DNA of 24,000 nt, taken from NCBI GenBank assembly GCA_015056255.1, contig SVGP01000023.1, positions 1-24,000 on the forward strand. Direction: 5' to 3'. The notes beneath the pieces are model-generated. The model did not search any database. It worked only from the letters and a program-made list of their open reading frames with translations, and had not been told where the DNA came from. This DNA is from Clostridiales bacterium. GTDB taxonomy: Bacteria > Bacillota > Clostridia > Christensenellales > Aristaeellaceae. The translations under genes and the position numbers were made by a program. Shown here piece by piece: positions 23,714 through 24,000 of the stretch; position 1 is the first letter of the stretch, and each line of letters opens with the position of its first letter.

Positions 23714-23742
23714 ATATTACCACCGATCGCCACGTTTGTCAA
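23714..23742 (-). promoter_or_regulatory. Sigma-A promoter of T-box unit 3
   Basis: TTGACA (23742-23737), a 17-nt spacer ending in TGG, then TAATAT (23719-23714), with an A/T-rich UP-like tract upstream. Confidence 0.7.
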
Positions 23743-23874
23743 TTCCTTTTTTCAAAAAAATCTGAATTTTTCATATTTCAATTATGCATAAAAATTTACA
23801 CACTTTTATTCCCCCAAGTGCGCACGGGCGGTAAAAAACGTGTATAATACCCATATTCTCAAAGGAGTGAGACC

Positions 23875-24000
23875 ATGTACGAAATTTATGACGCGCATAC
23901 GCATATTTATCCAGATAAAATAGCTCAGAAGGCCAGTAAAACCATCGGCGAATTCTATGACATCCATATGCATTTTGACGGAACAGTCGATGCGCTTTTG
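23875..24000 (+). CDS. Partial CDS (5' end only), probably a metal-dependent amidohydrolase-fold (TIM barrel) hydrolase
   Basis: MYEIYDAHTHIYPDKIAQKA...: the D/H-x-H motif right at the N-terminus is typical of amidohydrolase_2-type proteins. AAAGGAG lies 8 nt upstream, and TGTATAAT (extended -10) is at 23841-23848. Only 42 codons are visible. Confidence 0.5.
   Translation, partial: MYEIYDAHTHIYPDKIAQKASKTIGEFYDIHMHFDGTVDALL

Noticed and set aside
1-24000. Scan for CRISPR repeats, IS elements or transposases, integrases, tRNA and rRNA genes, and recognisable defence genes.
   Set aside because: I found no regularly spaced direct repeats, no transposase- or integrase-like ORFs and no cloverleaf-like or rRNA-like segments. 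The only large repeat is the paralogous T-box/ligase module reported above.

Overview
The window looks like chromosomal DNA from an anaerobic Firmicute, probably Clostridia/Oscillospiraceae-like. This is judged from GGAGG ribosome-binding sites, TTGACA/TATAAT promoters, T-box leaders and ferredoxin-dependent enzymes. Left third: the alpha ribosomal operon rpsM-rpsK-rpsD-rpoA-rplQ on the minus strand with its own near-consensus promoter, then mnmA, a cytoplasmic Cys-type sulfatase, and a secreted LRR/DUF6273-type protein. Right two thirds, all minus strand: three separate promoter + T-box riboswitch + terminator leaders. Each drives a unit that contains an AMP-forming acyl-CoA ligase. Unit 1 (16496 down to 7843) encodes a catalytically degenerate LeuA-like protein, a TIM-barrel::acyl-CoA ligase fusion, IlvE, a P-loop NTPase, and a four-subunit 2-oxoacid:ferredoxin oxidoreductase. 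Units 2 (19227-16555) and 3 (23742-21114) are paralogous single genes encoding HTH(XRE)-cupin-acyl-CoA synthetase fusions. Read at the canonical position, directly 5' of the 4-bp helix above the K-turn, the three specifier codons are CUC, GUC and AUC (Leu, Val, Ile). All three T-box bulges read UGGU, which fits A73 tRNAs. My main hypothesis is a tRNA-charging-sensed salvage regulon that turns branched-chain fatty acids into branched-chain amino acids: acyl-CoA ligase, then reductive carboxylation by a VOR-type enzyme, then IlvE. A more AT-rich insert between the two paralogs carries a DUF4160/DUF2442 pair and a secreted Cys-rich protein. I saw no CRISPR array, IS element, tRNA gene or rRNA gene. 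All homology calls come from reading the translated ORFs by eye, with no searches run.
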